DNA of 34,656 nucleotides from an uncultured Leuconostoc sp. (GCA_900554745.1 USIU01000001.1:1-34656), one strand, 5' to 3'. Numbered from the stretch's first letter, positions 8,310 through 18,154 are shown. The notes: a model not told the origin generated them from the sequence alone. Program-made: numbers and translations.

Positions 8310-10031
8310 ATGGCAACACCACTGATTGAATTTAAAAACGTGACATTTAAATACCATGCGCAAGCAGCGCCAACTTTGCATGACGTCAGCTTTCAAATTT
8401 TCCCTGGTGAAAAAGTTTTAATTGCGGGGGCATCGGGTTCTGGAAAAACAACGTTACTACGTTTACTCAATGGATTAATTCCCCATGCTTATGCGGGTGA
8501 TATTTCTGGGGAAATGACCCTTAATGGCCAGTCAATTTTAGCGCAAAGTTTGTTTGAATTATCCCTGCAAGCCGGCACCGTCTTACAAGATGCGGATGCG
8601 CAATTTGTTGGCTTGACGGTTGCAGAAGATATTGCCTTTGCCTTAGAAAATGATCATCAACCAGTGGCACATATTAAAGCAGAGGTGGCGAAGTGGGCAC
8701 GACGCTTTGGGTTAAGTAAGCGATTAGAATTAGCGCCGCAAGTGCTATCTGGTGGTCAAAAACAACGGACAGCCATGGCAGGGGTGCTCGTGGATGATGG
8801 TAAATTACTCCTATTTGATGAACCATTAGCGAGCCTCGATCCGGCTGCGGGTCAAGATGCAATGACCATGATTGATCAATTACAAGCGGATCGAGATTTG
8901 ACGGTGATCATTATCGAACATCGGATTGAAGAGGTCCTACGTGCCAATGTGGATCGCATCATTGTGATGTCAGAAGGGCGCATTGTGGCCAACGATACAC
9001 CGACCGCTATTATTCAAGCAGGCATACTGCCGCGGTACGGGTTAGACGAACCGTTGTATGTGCAACTATTACGACGGGCGCAAGTCGATGTTGCGCATTT
9101 ACCGCATGTCGCTGACGTTCAAAAAGTTGATGTGACTGCGCATCAATCAGCTATTGCCAAGCTGCGCATACCGATTCAAGCAACGACGAACCAACAATCG
9201 CAACTTACGCTGGCGAATGTGGACTTTAGCTATGATCAGCGCCAGCCACTCTTTCAACAACTAAATCTCACGATCAATCGTGGGGAAATTTTAGGTATTG
9301 TTGGGAAAAACGGCTCGGGGAAAACAACATTGTCGCATCTCTTGACGGGGTTTTTAATGCCGGATGCAGGTGAAATTAACCTGGACGGGCAGTCTGTTTT
9401 GGGGCAATCGATTAAGACCCGTGCTGAACAGGTGGGGTATGTGTTGCAAAACCCCAACCATATGATCACGAAGAGCACGGTTTATGATGAAGTGGCGAGT
9501 GGCTTGGTATTACGTCAAGTTGCGCCTGACGAAATCGAACAAAAAGTGCGGTCGGTTTTACGTCTGCTTGATCTTGATGCGATGCGAAATTGGCCAATTA
9601 GTGCGTTAAGTTTCGGACAAAAAAAGCGCGTCACGATCGCTGCTGTATTAGTGTTATCCCCACAAATCCTCATTTTAGATGAACCGACGGCAGGGCAAGA
9701 TGCCACGCATACACAAGAATTACTGGCATTTTTGACAGCGATTAATCGTCAAGAACACGTCACCATCGTCATGATTACCCACGATATGCACTTACTAGCT
9801 AATTTTGTGCAACGTGCGCTCGTGGTAGTCGATGGGCAACTGTTAGCGGATACCACGCCAGCTGAATTATTAGCGGATGAAGCGCTTGTGCAAGCTGCTA
9901 GCTTGCGAACGACGAGTATTTATCAATTGGCCAATCGCTTACAGATTACCCGTCCGGAAGAATTAAACGCGGCCGTGCGACAATACACCGCGTCTAGTTT
10001 GACTGATGATAATAAACGCTTGTCAGAATAA
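8310..10031 (+). CDS. ECF transporter fused double ATPase (A-A')
   Basis: Two Walker A motifs (GASGSGKT, GKNGSGKT), LSGGQ/LSFGQ signatures and two DEP motifs. Confidence 0.93.
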   Translation: MATPLIEFKNVTFKYHAQAAPTLHDVSFQIFPGEKVLIAGASGSGKTTLLRLLNGLIPHAYAGDISGEMTLNGQSILAQSLFELSLQAGTVLQDADAQFVGLTVAEDIAFALENDHQPVAHIKAEVAKWARRFGLSKRLELAPQVLSGGQKQRTAMAGVLVDDGKLLLFDEPLASLDPAAGQDAMTMIDQLQADRDLTVIIIEHRIEEVLRANVDRIIVMSEGRIVANDTPTAIIQAGILPRYGLDEPLYVQLLRRAQVDVAHLPHVADVQKVDVTAHQSAIAKLRIPIQATTNQQSQLTLANVDFSYDQRQPLFQQLNLTINRGEILGIVGKNGSGKTTLSHLLTGFLMPDAGEINLDGQSVLGQSIKTRAEQVGYVLQNPNHMITKSTVYDEVASGLVLRQVAPDEIEQKVRSVLRLLDLDAMRNWPISALSFGQKKRVTIAAVLVLSPQILILDEPTAGQDATHTQELLAFLTAINRQEHVTIVMITHDMHLLANFVQRALVVVDGQLLADTTPAELLADEALVQAASLRTTSIYQLANRLQITRPEELNAAVRQYTASSLTDDNKRLSE

Positions 10032-10047
10032 GCATACGAGATAAACG

Positions 10048-10881
10048 ATGAATAATTTATTTGGGTATAAACAACGTGATACATGGTTAAACCAAACAAC
10101 AGGCACCGCCAAGTTGATTGGTTTTTTAGCGTTGACAACGATTGGGATGATTTCTTATGATCCGCGTTTTTTGTTAGGGCTGGGCATTTTGGCGGTTATC
10201 CTCCTCAAGAGTGCTAAAATCAAATACCGTGAATATGCCTTCATGTTGAAATTAGTGCTATTTTTTGCCGTCATCAACTTGGTGATGGTCGCTGTTTTGG
10301 CACCGCAGTATGGCGTACAACTGTATGGCACGCGTCATGTTATCTTTGGGCGGGGATACTGGGCATTAACACAAGAGCAAGTCTTTTATGAATTGAATCT
10401 GTTGTTAAAATATTTGTTCTCGTTGCCGTTGGCGATTATCTTGTTGTTTACGACTAATCCAAGCGAATTTGCTGCGAGCTTGAATAAGATTGGGGTGCCC
10501 TATAAAATTGCGTACGCGTTTGCGATTACGTTGCGTTATATTCCAGATGTTCAAAGTGACTACCATACGATTAGTTTGGCCCAGCAGGCGCGCGGATATG
10601 ACATGTCCAAGCAAGCCTCGTTATGGGCGCGTTCCAAAGGCGCAGTCCAAATTATTTTACCGCTAGTCTTTACGAGTCTGAATCGCATTGATACGATTAG
10701 TCAGGCTATGGAGTTACGGCGTTTTGGCCGTGAGAAAGCCCGTTCTTGGTATCAAGAGCAACCATTTAGAGCGCGTGATGCTGGTGTTGTGATGGGGACG
10801 ATTGCAATTGTTGGGATTGGGATCCTGTTACTCGTGGCAGATCATGGCCGGGTTTATAATCCTTTCCGACCGGCTGGTTAG
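10048..10881 (+). CDS. ECF transporter transmembrane T component
   Basis: LRYIP, AQQARG and AMELRRF motifs; hydrophobic. Confidence 0.92.
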   Translation: MNNLFGYKQRDTWLNQTTGTAKLIGFLALTTIGMISYDPRFLLGLGILAVILLKSAKIKYREYAFMLKLVLFFAVINLVMVAVLAPQYGVQLYGTRHVIFGRGYWALTQEQVFYELNLLLKYLFSLPLAIILLFTTNPSEFAASLNKIGVPYKIAYAFAITLRYIPDVQSDYHTISLAQQARGYDMSKQASLWARSKGAVQIILPLVFTSLNRIDTISQAMELRRFGREKARSWYQEQPFRARDAGVVMGTIAIVGIGILLLVADHGRVYNPFRPAG

Positions 10882-10900
10882 GGCTAGCGAAAAAAGATCG

Positions 10901-10929
10901 TTGACAACACGAACATATGTTCCTATAAT
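10901..10929 (+). promoter_or_regulatory. Consensus SigA promoter with a LexA (Cheo) box in the spacer
   Basis: TTGACA(10901)-17-TATAAT(10924). CGAACATATGTTCC at 10910-10923 matches the Firmicutes LexA box CGAAC-N4-GTTCG at all but the last base. Confidence 0.85.
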
Positions 10930-10963
10930 AAATGGGTAACGACAGGTAGTGGAGGAAACTGTG

Positions 10964-11269
10964 ATGCAACAGCCAACGTTTCGCCGCGCTTTAGAGGCGG
11001 CTATTTCAGAACAAAGTATGACAACAGTTATCGATAAAGCGTATGCTTTTCAAGTGGCTAAAAATAACCAGCGTCTGGCAAGAGCACGCTATGGTACGGT
11101 AAAACTGGCACGTGAAGCTGACGCGATGTGGGATGGGATTGTAGCGAACATTCATGCGGGGATGGCTGGTCGATCAGATGACCAGATTTTAGCGCAATTA
11201 CAGGATCCGGAGTTTATTGACACATTGGAAGAAGCGTTAGCTGAAATTGATTTTGTGTCAGAAGATTGA
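10964..11269 (+). CDS. Hypothetical protein (101 aa), probably SOS-regulated
   Basis: SD GGAGG at 10951-10955, ATG 10964 (or GTG 10961); acidic C-terminus. Confidence 0.8.
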   Translation: MQQPTFRRALEAAISEQSMTTVIDKAYAFQVAKNNQRLARARYGTVKLAREADAMWDGIVANIHAGMAGRSDDQILAQLQDPEFIDTLEEALAEIDFVSED

Positions 11270-11329
11270 GTGAATCGACGTGGCACAACGTATTATTTGA
11301 ATAACCAAGTGGCGAATTCTGCGAAACAC

Positions 11330-11359
11330 TTGAAATGTCATGCTGTTCTGTAGTACAAT
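11330..11359 (+). promoter_or_regulatory. Putative rpsF operon promoter
   Basis: TTGAAA(11330)-18-TACAAT(11354). Confidence 0.6.
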
Positions 11360-11388
11360 TAGTAATTGTGAACGCGCAAAAGTGCGTA

Positions 11389-11428
11389 CACTCCTTGCAG
11401 CCAAGGCTGCCAGAGACCAAAAGGAGGA
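11389..11428 (+). ncRNA. S6:S18 ribosomal protein leader
   Basis: CTCCTT (11391-11396) pairs with SD AAGGAG; inner GCAGCC/GGCTGC stem; AGACCAAAAGGAGG tail typical of Firmicutes rpsF leaders. Confidence 0.7.
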
Positions 11429-11436
11429 AATAAAAC

Positions 11437-11733
11437 ATGGCTACATCATACGAATTGACTTACATCGTTCGCCCTGATATCGAAGTGGATGCAAAGAAAG
11501 CGCTCGTAGAACGCTTTGATGGTATCTTGACTGATAACGGTGCAACAATCTTAAAGTCAGCTGATTGGACAACACGTCGTTTTGCTTATGAAATTGCTGG
11601 TTACCGCGAAGGCGTATACCACGTTATCGATTTCACTGCAGAAGACGATGCAGCAATCAACGAATTTGATCGTTTGGCAAAGATCTCACAAGACATCTTG
11701 CGTCACATGATTATTAAGCGCGACGCAGAATAA
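11437..11733 (+). CDS. rpsF: 30S ribosomal protein S6
   Basis: [24 protein letters not shown] and ILRHMI. Confidence 0.98.
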   Translation: MATSYELTYIVRPDIEVDAKKALVERFDGILTDNGATILKSADWTTRRFAYEIAGYREGVYHVIDFTAEDDAAINEFDRLAKISQDILRHMIIKRDAE

Positions 11734-11766
11734 TTCTGGGATTCCACTGGTGAAGGAGCTTTTGAT

Positions 11767-12312
11767 ATGATTAATCGAGTAGTATTGATTGGGCGATTGA
11801 CCCGTGATGTGGAATTACGTTATACCCAATCGGGTACAGCAGTCGGCACGTTTAGTTTGGCGGTTAACCGTCAATTCACCAACCAAGCTGGTGAACGTGA
11901 AGCTGATTTTATTAACGCCGTGATTTGGCGTAAAGCAGCTGAAAATTTTGCAAACTTTACTGGAAAAGGCGCCTTAGTTGCCATCGAAGGTCGTTTGCAA
12001 ACTCGGAATTATGAAAACAACCAAGGACAACGTGTTTACGTGACCGAAGTTGTCGTTGATAATTTCTCATTACTTGAATCACGCGCTGAAAGTGATAAGC
12101 GACGTGCCCAAAACGGGTCGTCAGAACCATCTCATCAAGGTGGTGCGTTTGGTGCGCCAAGTGATAACGCATTTGGTGGGGTTGATCCGTTTGCTACGGC
12201 TAGCCAAAGTGCTAACCCACAAGCGACAACGCCAACAAATGATGCCCCTAACCCATTTGCGGCAAGTGGCAAAACTGAAATTGATATATCAGATGATGAT
12301 CTACCATTTTAA
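11767..12312 (+). CDS. ssb: Single-stranded DNA-binding protein
   Basis: MINRVVLIGRLTRD N-terminus and DDDLPF C-terminus. Confidence 0.98.
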   Translation: MINRVVLIGRLTRDVELRYTQSGTAVGTFSLAVNRQFTNQAGEREADFINAVIWRKAAENFANFTGKGALVAIEGRLQTRNYENNQGQRVYVTEVVVDNFSLLESRAESDKRRAQNGSSEPSHQGGAFGAPSDNAFGGVDPFATASQSANPQATTPTNDAPNPFAASGKTEIDISDDDLPF

Positions 12313-12348
12313 AATATAATTTACAACATTACGAAAGGAGCTTTAATC

Positions 12349-12633
12349 ATGTCAGAACAAAACTCACGTCCACAAAATTCAGAACGTCCACAACGTTCAC
12401 GTCGTCCACAAGGCGGCCCACGTCGTCGTCGTAAGGTTGACTACATTGCAGCTAACCACATCGAATTTATCGACTACAAGAACACAGAATTGTTGGAACG
12501 CTTTATCTCAGAACGTGGTAAGATCTTGCCACGTCGTGTGACTGGTACTTCAGCCAAGAACCAACGTAAAGTGACAACAGCAATCAAGCGTGCACGTATC
12601 ATGGCTTTGTTGCCATTCGTGACAGAAGACTAA
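12349..12633 (+). CDS. rpsR: 30S ribosomal protein S18 (Cys-less, N-terminally extended)
   Basis: [19 protein letters not shown] and AIKRAR. Confidence 0.98.
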   Translation: MSEQNSRPQNSERPQRSRRPQGGPRRRRKVDYIAANHIEFIDYKNTELLERFISERGKILPRRVTGTSAKNQRKVTTAIKRARIMALLPFVTED

Positions 12634-12649
12634 TCTTTGACGCACGATT

Positions 12650-12682
12650 GAGAGACTCAGATTTTATCTGAGTCTCTTTTTT
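12650..12682 (+). terminator. Terminator of rpsF-ssb-rpsR
   Basis: AGAGACTCAGA/TCTGAGTCTCT stem plus T tract. Confidence 0.9.
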
Positions 12683-12785
12683 GTTTATTTTGGTAAATCG
12701 TAACTGTGGTAAAATAGTACAAGGAGCATTTTGTCTGCATGGTCATCGTTGGACAAAATAGCAGAGGAAGAGATAGGGGTTGCTT

Positions 12786-14813
12786 GTGAAAAAACTATTT
12801 GATTTTAAAACGTTACCGATATTTTTTCAAAGTACAAAATTAGGCACTGTCGCGTTACTATTGCTAGCCGTCAGTGTTATGAGTGTATTTTTTGCCCTGT
12901 TAGTCAATTGGATTTTTGGGTTAATCTGGATTGTGGTTGTGTTAATCGGCTTGGTTTATTCCGCACAATCCTTAAAAGAAGTGAATGAAAACGCGCAAGA
13001 ATACTTGAGTGGGCTGGGGTATCGGATATCTCGTAGTGAACAAGAAGCCTTGATTCGGATGCCAATTGGCATCATTCTTCTCAATGCAGCCGGGAAAATT
13101 GACTGGATCAACCCTTACATGCAAGCTTATTTGGATAAGCGGGATGTGTTGGGTTTGACGTTGACGCAGCTGGATCCACAGCTCGCCACGGATATTAAAA
13201 ATTATTCTGATGCGCGAGAAACAAATACCATTACGTGGCAAGGCAAGCAGTTCTCACTTTATGTGCAACAAAACTTGCGTGTCATCTACATGATGGATAT
13301 CAGTGAATATGCGGCGATTGCTAAAGAATACGAAGATCACCAACTATTTAGTGGCCTCGTTTCCGTGGATAACTATGAAGAAGTGACTGAAGGCATGACC
13401 GAATCGGAAACGTCAACGTTGCGTACGTATGTGACTGGGGCGCTATCAGAATGGGCAGCAGCTCACCGGATTTACTTGCGCCGCCTGAGTACGGTGCATT
13501 ATGTGATGTTTGGCTACCAAACATCTTTGCGTGCTGCCGAAGATGATAAGTTTTCGGTGTTAAAAGCAATTCGTGAAGCCACGGCACAACAAAATTTACC
13601 CGTAACACTGTCAATGGGGATTGCTTATGGGGAACAAGACATTATTGAACTTGCCAAAATGGCACAAACCAACCTCGATTTAGCGTTAGGCCGTGGTGGT
13701 GACCAAGTGGTGGTGAAGTCTAAGCAAGCAGCGGCGAGATTTTATGGTGGTGCAACGAATCCGATGGAAAAGCGGACGCGTGTACGCGCACGTATGATCT
13801 CACAGACGGTTGCTGAATTGATGGAACAGGCTGACAATATTATGATTGTTGGCCACGCCACGCCAGATTTAGATGCCATCGGTGCGGGGCTTGGCATTTG
13901 GCGAATGGCCCAAACAAAGAATAAGCCGGCTTTTTTGATTGTGGATGAAAAGTCGGTGTATAGTGATATCACGTTGCTATTAGCCGAAATCCGCAAAAAT
14001 CCGCCGGAAATTATGGCGCCTGGGTCCAATATTAATGACTCCATTGTTGACGAGTCACGCGCAATGAAGTTAGTGCGCGACAATACCCTCTTGATTCTAG
14101 TGGATCATGCGCAGGGATCAATTACGAGTGCACCCAATCTTCTGGAACGCCTGGGTAACCGCGTTGTGGTCATTGATCATCATCGATTAGCTGAGCAGGG
14201 GCTAGCTGAAAAGCCATTGCTGACTTATGTTGAGCCCTACGCCTCTTCAACGTCAGAATTGGTGGTTGAACTATTACAGTACCAAGATCAAAGTCATGCA
14301 CCAATCACCAAGTTAGAAGCGACAGCAATGCTTGGTGGGATTCAAATTGATACGAAAAACTTCACTTTGCGGACTGGCTCACGGACCTTTGATGCTGCCA
14401 GTTATTTACGCGCCAATGGGGCGGATAGTAATTTAATTCAATTCTTTATGAAAGAGAAATTCTCGGACTTTAAAGCGCGCACACATTTGATCAACTTGGC
14501 AGTCGTGGCCGACGGGTATGCGATTGTTTGCGGTGAAAATGATCGCGTGTATTCTGGTTTGATTACGGCACAAGCGGCTGATGAATTGTTGCAAATTAGT
14601 GGCGTTGAAGCGTCGTTTGTGATTACGAAACGTGCGGATGGCCGGGTCGGTGTTTCGGCACGATCAACTGGTCAACGTAACGTGCAGCGTATCATGGAAG
14701 CGATGGGCGGTGGTGGCCACTTGTCCAACGCCGCAACGCAACTGACGGATCGGACCACAGATGAAGTGAATGATCAATTGCTTAAAACTTTGGCAGAATC
14801 TGTTGAAGAATAA
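12786..14813 (+). CDS. gdpP: c-di-AMP phosphodiesterase GdpP (TM-PAS-degenerate GGDEF-DHH-DHHA1)
   Basis: LALGRGGDQ, KRTRVRAR, GHxxPDxD, IDHH, DTKNF and GGGGH; upstream of rplI-dnaB. Start GTG 12786 or TTG 12780. Confidence 0.93.
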   Translation: MKKLFDFKTLPIFFQSTKLGTVALLLLAVSVMSVFFALLVNWIFGLIWIVVVLIGLVYSAQSLKEVNENAQEYLSGLGYRISRSEQEALIRMPIGIILLNAAGKIDWINPYMQAYLDKRDVLGLTLTQLDPQLATDIKNYSDARETNTITWQGKQFSLYVQQNLRVIYMMDISEYAAIAKEYEDHQLFSGLVSVDNYEEVTEGMTESETSTLRTYVTGALSEWAAAHRIYLRRLSTVHYVMFGYQTSLRAAEDDKFSVLKAIREATAQQNLPVTLSMGIAYGEQDIIELAKMAQTNLDLALGRGGDQVVVKSKQAAARFYGGATNPMEKRTRVRARMISQTVAELMEQADNIMIVGHATPDLDAIGAGLGIWRMAQTKNKPAFLIVDEKSVYSDITLLLAEIRKNPPEIMAPGSNINDSIVDESRAMKLVRDNTLLILVDHAQGSITSAPNLLERLGNRVVVIDHHRLAEQGLAEKPLLTYVEPYASSTSELVVELLQYQDQSHAPITKLEATAMLGGIQIDTKNFTLRTGSRTFDAASYLRANGADSNLIQFFMKEKFSDFKARTHLINLAVVADGYAIVCGENDRVYSGLITAQAADELLQISGVEASFVITKRADGRVGVSARSTGQRNVQRIMEAMGGGGHLSNAATQLTDRTTDEVNDQLLKTLAESVEE

Positions 14814-14867
14814 CTTGGTGATAGCGGTGAGCTGCAATTAAGCAAGAAATTTTTGGAGGAGTAACAC

Positions 14868-15320
14868 ATGAAAGTTGTATTTTTAGAAGACGTTAAAGGT
14901 CGTGGTAAAAAAGGGGAAGTAAAGGACGTGCCGGATGGTTACGCCAATAACTTCTTAATTAAGAATAAAAAAGCAGAACCAGCCACAGGGAAAAATGTCG
15001 GCGCTGTTAAGGGACGTCAAAAAGCAGCTGAAAAAGCGGCTGCAGAACAATTAGCCGAAGCACAGGCGCTCAAGGCTAAAATTGAAGCAGATGATTTTGT
15101 GGTGACAATCAAAGGAAAGTCTGGCGCTGATGGTCGCCTTTTTGGTGCCGTATCATCTAAGCAAATTGCTGCTGCGTTAGCTGATCAAAAGCAAATCAAA
15201 ATCGATAAGCGTAAGCTGGAACTCAATCATCCAATTCATTCATTAGGTTACACAACGGTGCCGCTCAAGCTACACCGTGAGGTGACCGCAGATTTGCGTG
15301 TTCATGTCAGTGAGGGTTAA
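14868..15320 (+). CDS. rplI: 50S ribosomal protein L9
   Basis: [24 protein letters not shown] and GRLFGAV. Confidence 0.98.
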   Translation: MKVVFLEDVKGRGKKGEVKDVPDGYANNFLIKNKKAEPATGKNVGAVKGRQKAAEKAAAEQLAEAQALKAKIEADDFVVTIKGKSGADGRLFGAVSSKQIAAALADQKQIKIDKRKLELNHPIHSLGYTTVPLKLHREVTADLRVHVSEG

Positions 15321-15322
15321 GC

Positions 15323-16789
15323 ATGGATAACCCAGAAGCATACGAGTATAGACAAGTCCCACAAGATATCGATGCTGAACGGGCGGTGCTGGGCGCTATT
15401 TTCTTTGATGTGAAATCTGATAACGCCATGGTGGCGGCGAGTGCCATTTTGGAAGCAGATGATTTCTATCGACAAGCCCATCAAACCATTTTTAAAGCGA
15501 TGCAACAGCTGGTTGATGAACAACGTCCGATTGACATGCTCACGCTTCAGGATAAACTCAACAGTTTACAACAGTTAGACAATGTGGGTGGCATGGCTTA
15601 TCTGGCTGAAATTTCAGAATCTTCTGCATCATCGGCCAATTTAAAGCATTATGCGCATATTGTGCGCGAAAAAGCCATTCTACGGCGGATGATTGAAACG
15701 CTGACACGTAGTATGTCGTTAGCGTATGACGCTGCGGCACCGAGTGAGGAAATTTTAGACACGTTGAGTCGCAGTTTGGATAATTTGGCCGAAAATCGTG
15801 GTGATGAAGATTTTCAAAAAATTAAAGATGTGTTGCAAGCTTTCCAAGCTAATTTGGATCAAGCCGTTGCCAATGACAATGATGTCGTTGGGTTAGCCAC
15901 AGGCTATCCCGAATTAGATAAACTCACCCACGGTTTTCGTGAGGATCAGATGATCGTGTTGGGGGCGCGACCAGCAGTCGGGAAAACCGCCTTTGTGTTA
16001 AATATTGCTAAAAATGTGGCCAAAGCTGAGCAAGTACCAGTTGTGGTGTTTAGTCTGGAAATGGGCGCCGTGGACTTGGTGACACGACTTGTGGCTGCCG
16101 AAGGGGCGATTGATTCAAGTCACTTGACCACCGGTCAGATGACCCAAGAAGATTGGCAGTCGTTGACATTAGCGATGCAATCATTAGCGAACATGCAGAT
16201 TTATATGGATGACACGGCGGGGATTAAGATTAATCAGATTAGTGCCAAGCTGCGTAAACTTGAAAAAGATTTGGTGAATGAATTACCGCCAGATCAACGT
16301 GCTAGCAATCCCCATCCAATTGGCATGGTGATTATTGATTATCTCGGTTTGATTGAATCCAACAATACGGAAAGTCGCCAACAAGCAGTGTCTGAGGTGT
16401 CGCGTTCCATTAAAAAGTTGGCCAAAGAATTACATACGCCAATTCTGGCGCTGGCCCAATTGAGTCGTGGTGTCGAGCAACGTACCGATAAGCAACCAGT
16501 GCTATCGGATTTGCGTGAATCAGGTTCGATTGAACAAGACGCGGATATTGTGGCCTTCTTGTATCGTGATGATTATTATCGTAATGATGGTAGCGATGAT
16601 GAGGGAGATTCAGATCCGCGTGACGAAGAGGAAGCTGTGCCAATTGAAATTATTTTAGAAAAAAATCGTGCCGGTGCGCGTGGCACAGCTACGCTGATGT
16701 TTAACAAGCCGACCTTTAAATTTAGCCCTATGGCACCATTGTACCGTGATGATATGAACGCTGGTCCGAATGGTAATGTTGGGTGGTAA
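15323..16789 (+). CDS. dnaB: Replicative DNA helicase
   Basis: GARPAVGKT, FSLEM, IDYL, QLSR and SDLRESGSIEQDAD. Confidence 0.97.
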   Translation: MDNPEAYEYRQVPQDIDAERAVLGAIFFDVKSDNAMVAASAILEADDFYRQAHQTIFKAMQQLVDEQRPIDMLTLQDKLNSLQQLDNVGGMAYLAEISESSASSANLKHYAHIVREKAILRRMIETLTRSMSLAYDAAAPSEEILDTLSRSLDNLAENRGDEDFQKIKDVLQAFQANLDQAVANDNDVVGLATGYPELDKLTHGFREDQMIVLGARPAVGKTAFVLNIAKNVAKAEQVPVVVFSLEMGAVDLVTRLVAAEGAIDSSHLTTGQMTQEDWQSLTLAMQSLANMQIYMDDTAGIKINQISAKLRKLEKDLVNELPPDQRASNPHPIGMVIIDYLGLIESNNTESRQQAVSEVSRSIKKLAKELHTPILALAQLSRGVEQRTDKQPVLSDLRESGSIEQDADIVAFLYRDDYYRNDGSDDEGDSDPRDEEEAVPIEIILEKNRAGARGTATLMFNKPTFKFSPMAPLYRDDMNAGPNGNVGW

Positions 16790-16817
16790 AAAAGACAGTC
16801 TCACGACTGTCTTTTTT
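16788..16817. terminator. Bidirectional terminator between dnaB and ybaK
   Basis: A-tract-GACAGTC-TCAC-GACTGTC-T-tract between convergent genes. Confidence 0.88.
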
Positions 16818-16820
16818 GGG

Positions 16821-17318
16821 TTAATTTTCGAGGAGATCAACAAACGGTGCAGCGATTAAGTCGGCCAAGTCTTGTGGCTTGATTTGGTCACTACGTCCTA
16901 ATTCGCCCGCGCTGACGATAAAATAAGGCGCGGTCTGAGCTGTTAAATCGATGAAAATTGGAAAGTGCTTGGTATGCCAAATTCCGACGGGGTTATTCGC
17001 ACCATGGATATAACCGGTCGTTTGCTGTAATGTTTTTAAGGGTAGCATGGTGACTTTTTTATTCCCTGATGCGGCCGCCAGTTTTTTCATTGATAAATGT
17101 TGGGTGATGGGGATCACTGCCACGACAGGACCGGTTTTATCGCCGGTTGCGGCGAGTGTCTTATAAATATCGTCGTGTTTGACGCCAAATTCGGCCAGAA
17201 TTTGATCACGCTCAGCTGCTGTTTTATCTAAAATATTGAGTGCGAGTGGTGTGTAAGCCAAGTCATGTTTATCCATCACTTGTTCGGGAAGTGTTTTCTT
17301 GATTTTTTTCTTTGCCAT
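16821..17318 (-). CDS. ybaK: YbaK/EbsC family aminoacyl-tRNA deacylase
   Basis: IYKTL, TGYIHGANNPVG and SAG motifs. Confidence 0.88.
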   Translation of the reverse strand: MAKKKIKKTLPEQVMDKHDLAYTPLALNILDKTAAERDQILAEFGVKHDDIYKTLAATGDKTGPVVAVIPITQHLSMKKLAAASGNKKVTMLPLKTLQQTTGYIHGANNPVGIWHTKHFPIFIDLTAQTAPYFIVSAGELGRSDQIKPQDLADLIAAPFVDLLEN

Positions 17319-17394
17319 GATATCTCCATTCTAACACAAATTGGCGTACCCAAAAAGGATTGCGGTCCAACCAATTTATGCTATACTAGTTAGC

Positions 17395-18126
17395 ATGATG
17401 TCAGAAGCAATTTATGTCACCGTGCAGGCGGACTTAAAACAAAAAATTTATAATGGTGATTTTCCGGACTTGAAATTACCCGATGAACGGACGTTAGCGG
17501 CACAATACGACGTGTCCCGTTCATCAATTAAACGCGCGTTAAACGTGTTGGTACAACAAGGTGTGATCTTCAAAAAACGCGGCAGTGGCACATTTGTGAA
17601 TCCATTGTATTTAAAGAACCATGATTTGTTCCAACATGAAGGGTCTAATCTCGGGGTTTCGGACTCTTTTCGGGTAGACGGTAAAGCGCCAAGTATTGAA
17701 TTGCTCGATTTCCAAGTGGTGCCAGCAACGCCGGTTCAACAGCAAGCCTTGTTTTTAAATGATGGCGACTTTGTGTACGAAATTAAGCGATTGCGTCGCT
17801 TGGAAGGGGTGCCTTTCATGATTGAACGTGGCTATGTCCCAATCAACGTTTTGCCTGGGTTGAATAAAGAGATTGTCTCAGGCTCAGTCTATGAATACGT
17901 GGAAAAAACCAAAAACCGCGCCGTGACTAAGTCTTTTATGACGATTATGGCTGAACCGTCAAATGCGGAAGATCAAAAGTTGTTAGAGTTGTCAGATAAA
18001 GAACCGGTCGGCATTATGGAGGGAATCTTCTTTATGGATGATGGGACACCGTTAGAATTTTCAACCATGCGGTTACATTACAAATATTTACGCTACAATG
18101 CGTTTGTCAGCATTGATTCAGAATAG
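17395..18126 (+). CDS. GntR/HutC-family transcriptional regulator (wHTH + UTRA), probably leaderless
   Basis: LPDERTLAAQYDVSRSSIKRAL and GSGTFV; UTRA-like C-terminus. TGcTATACT lies 7 nt before ATG 17395. Confidence 0.9.
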   Translation: MMSEAIYVTVQADLKQKIYNGDFPDLKLPDERTLAAQYDVSRSSIKRALNVLVQQGVIFKKRGSGTFVNPLYLKNHDLFQHEGSNLGVSDSFRVDGKAPSIELLDFQVVPATPVQQQALFLNDGDFVYEIKRLRRLEGVPFMIERGYVPINVLPGLNKEIVSGSVYEYVEKTKNRAVTKSFMTIMAEPSNAEDQKLLELSDKEPVGIMEGIFFMDDGTPLEFSTMRLHYKYLRYNAFVSIDSE

Positions 18127-18154
18127 CAGCAGGGTCATCGCCTGTTGCTTTTTT
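18125..18154 (+). terminator. Terminator after the GntR regulator
   Basis: AGCAGCAGG/CCTGTTGCT stem plus T tract. Confidence 0.85.
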
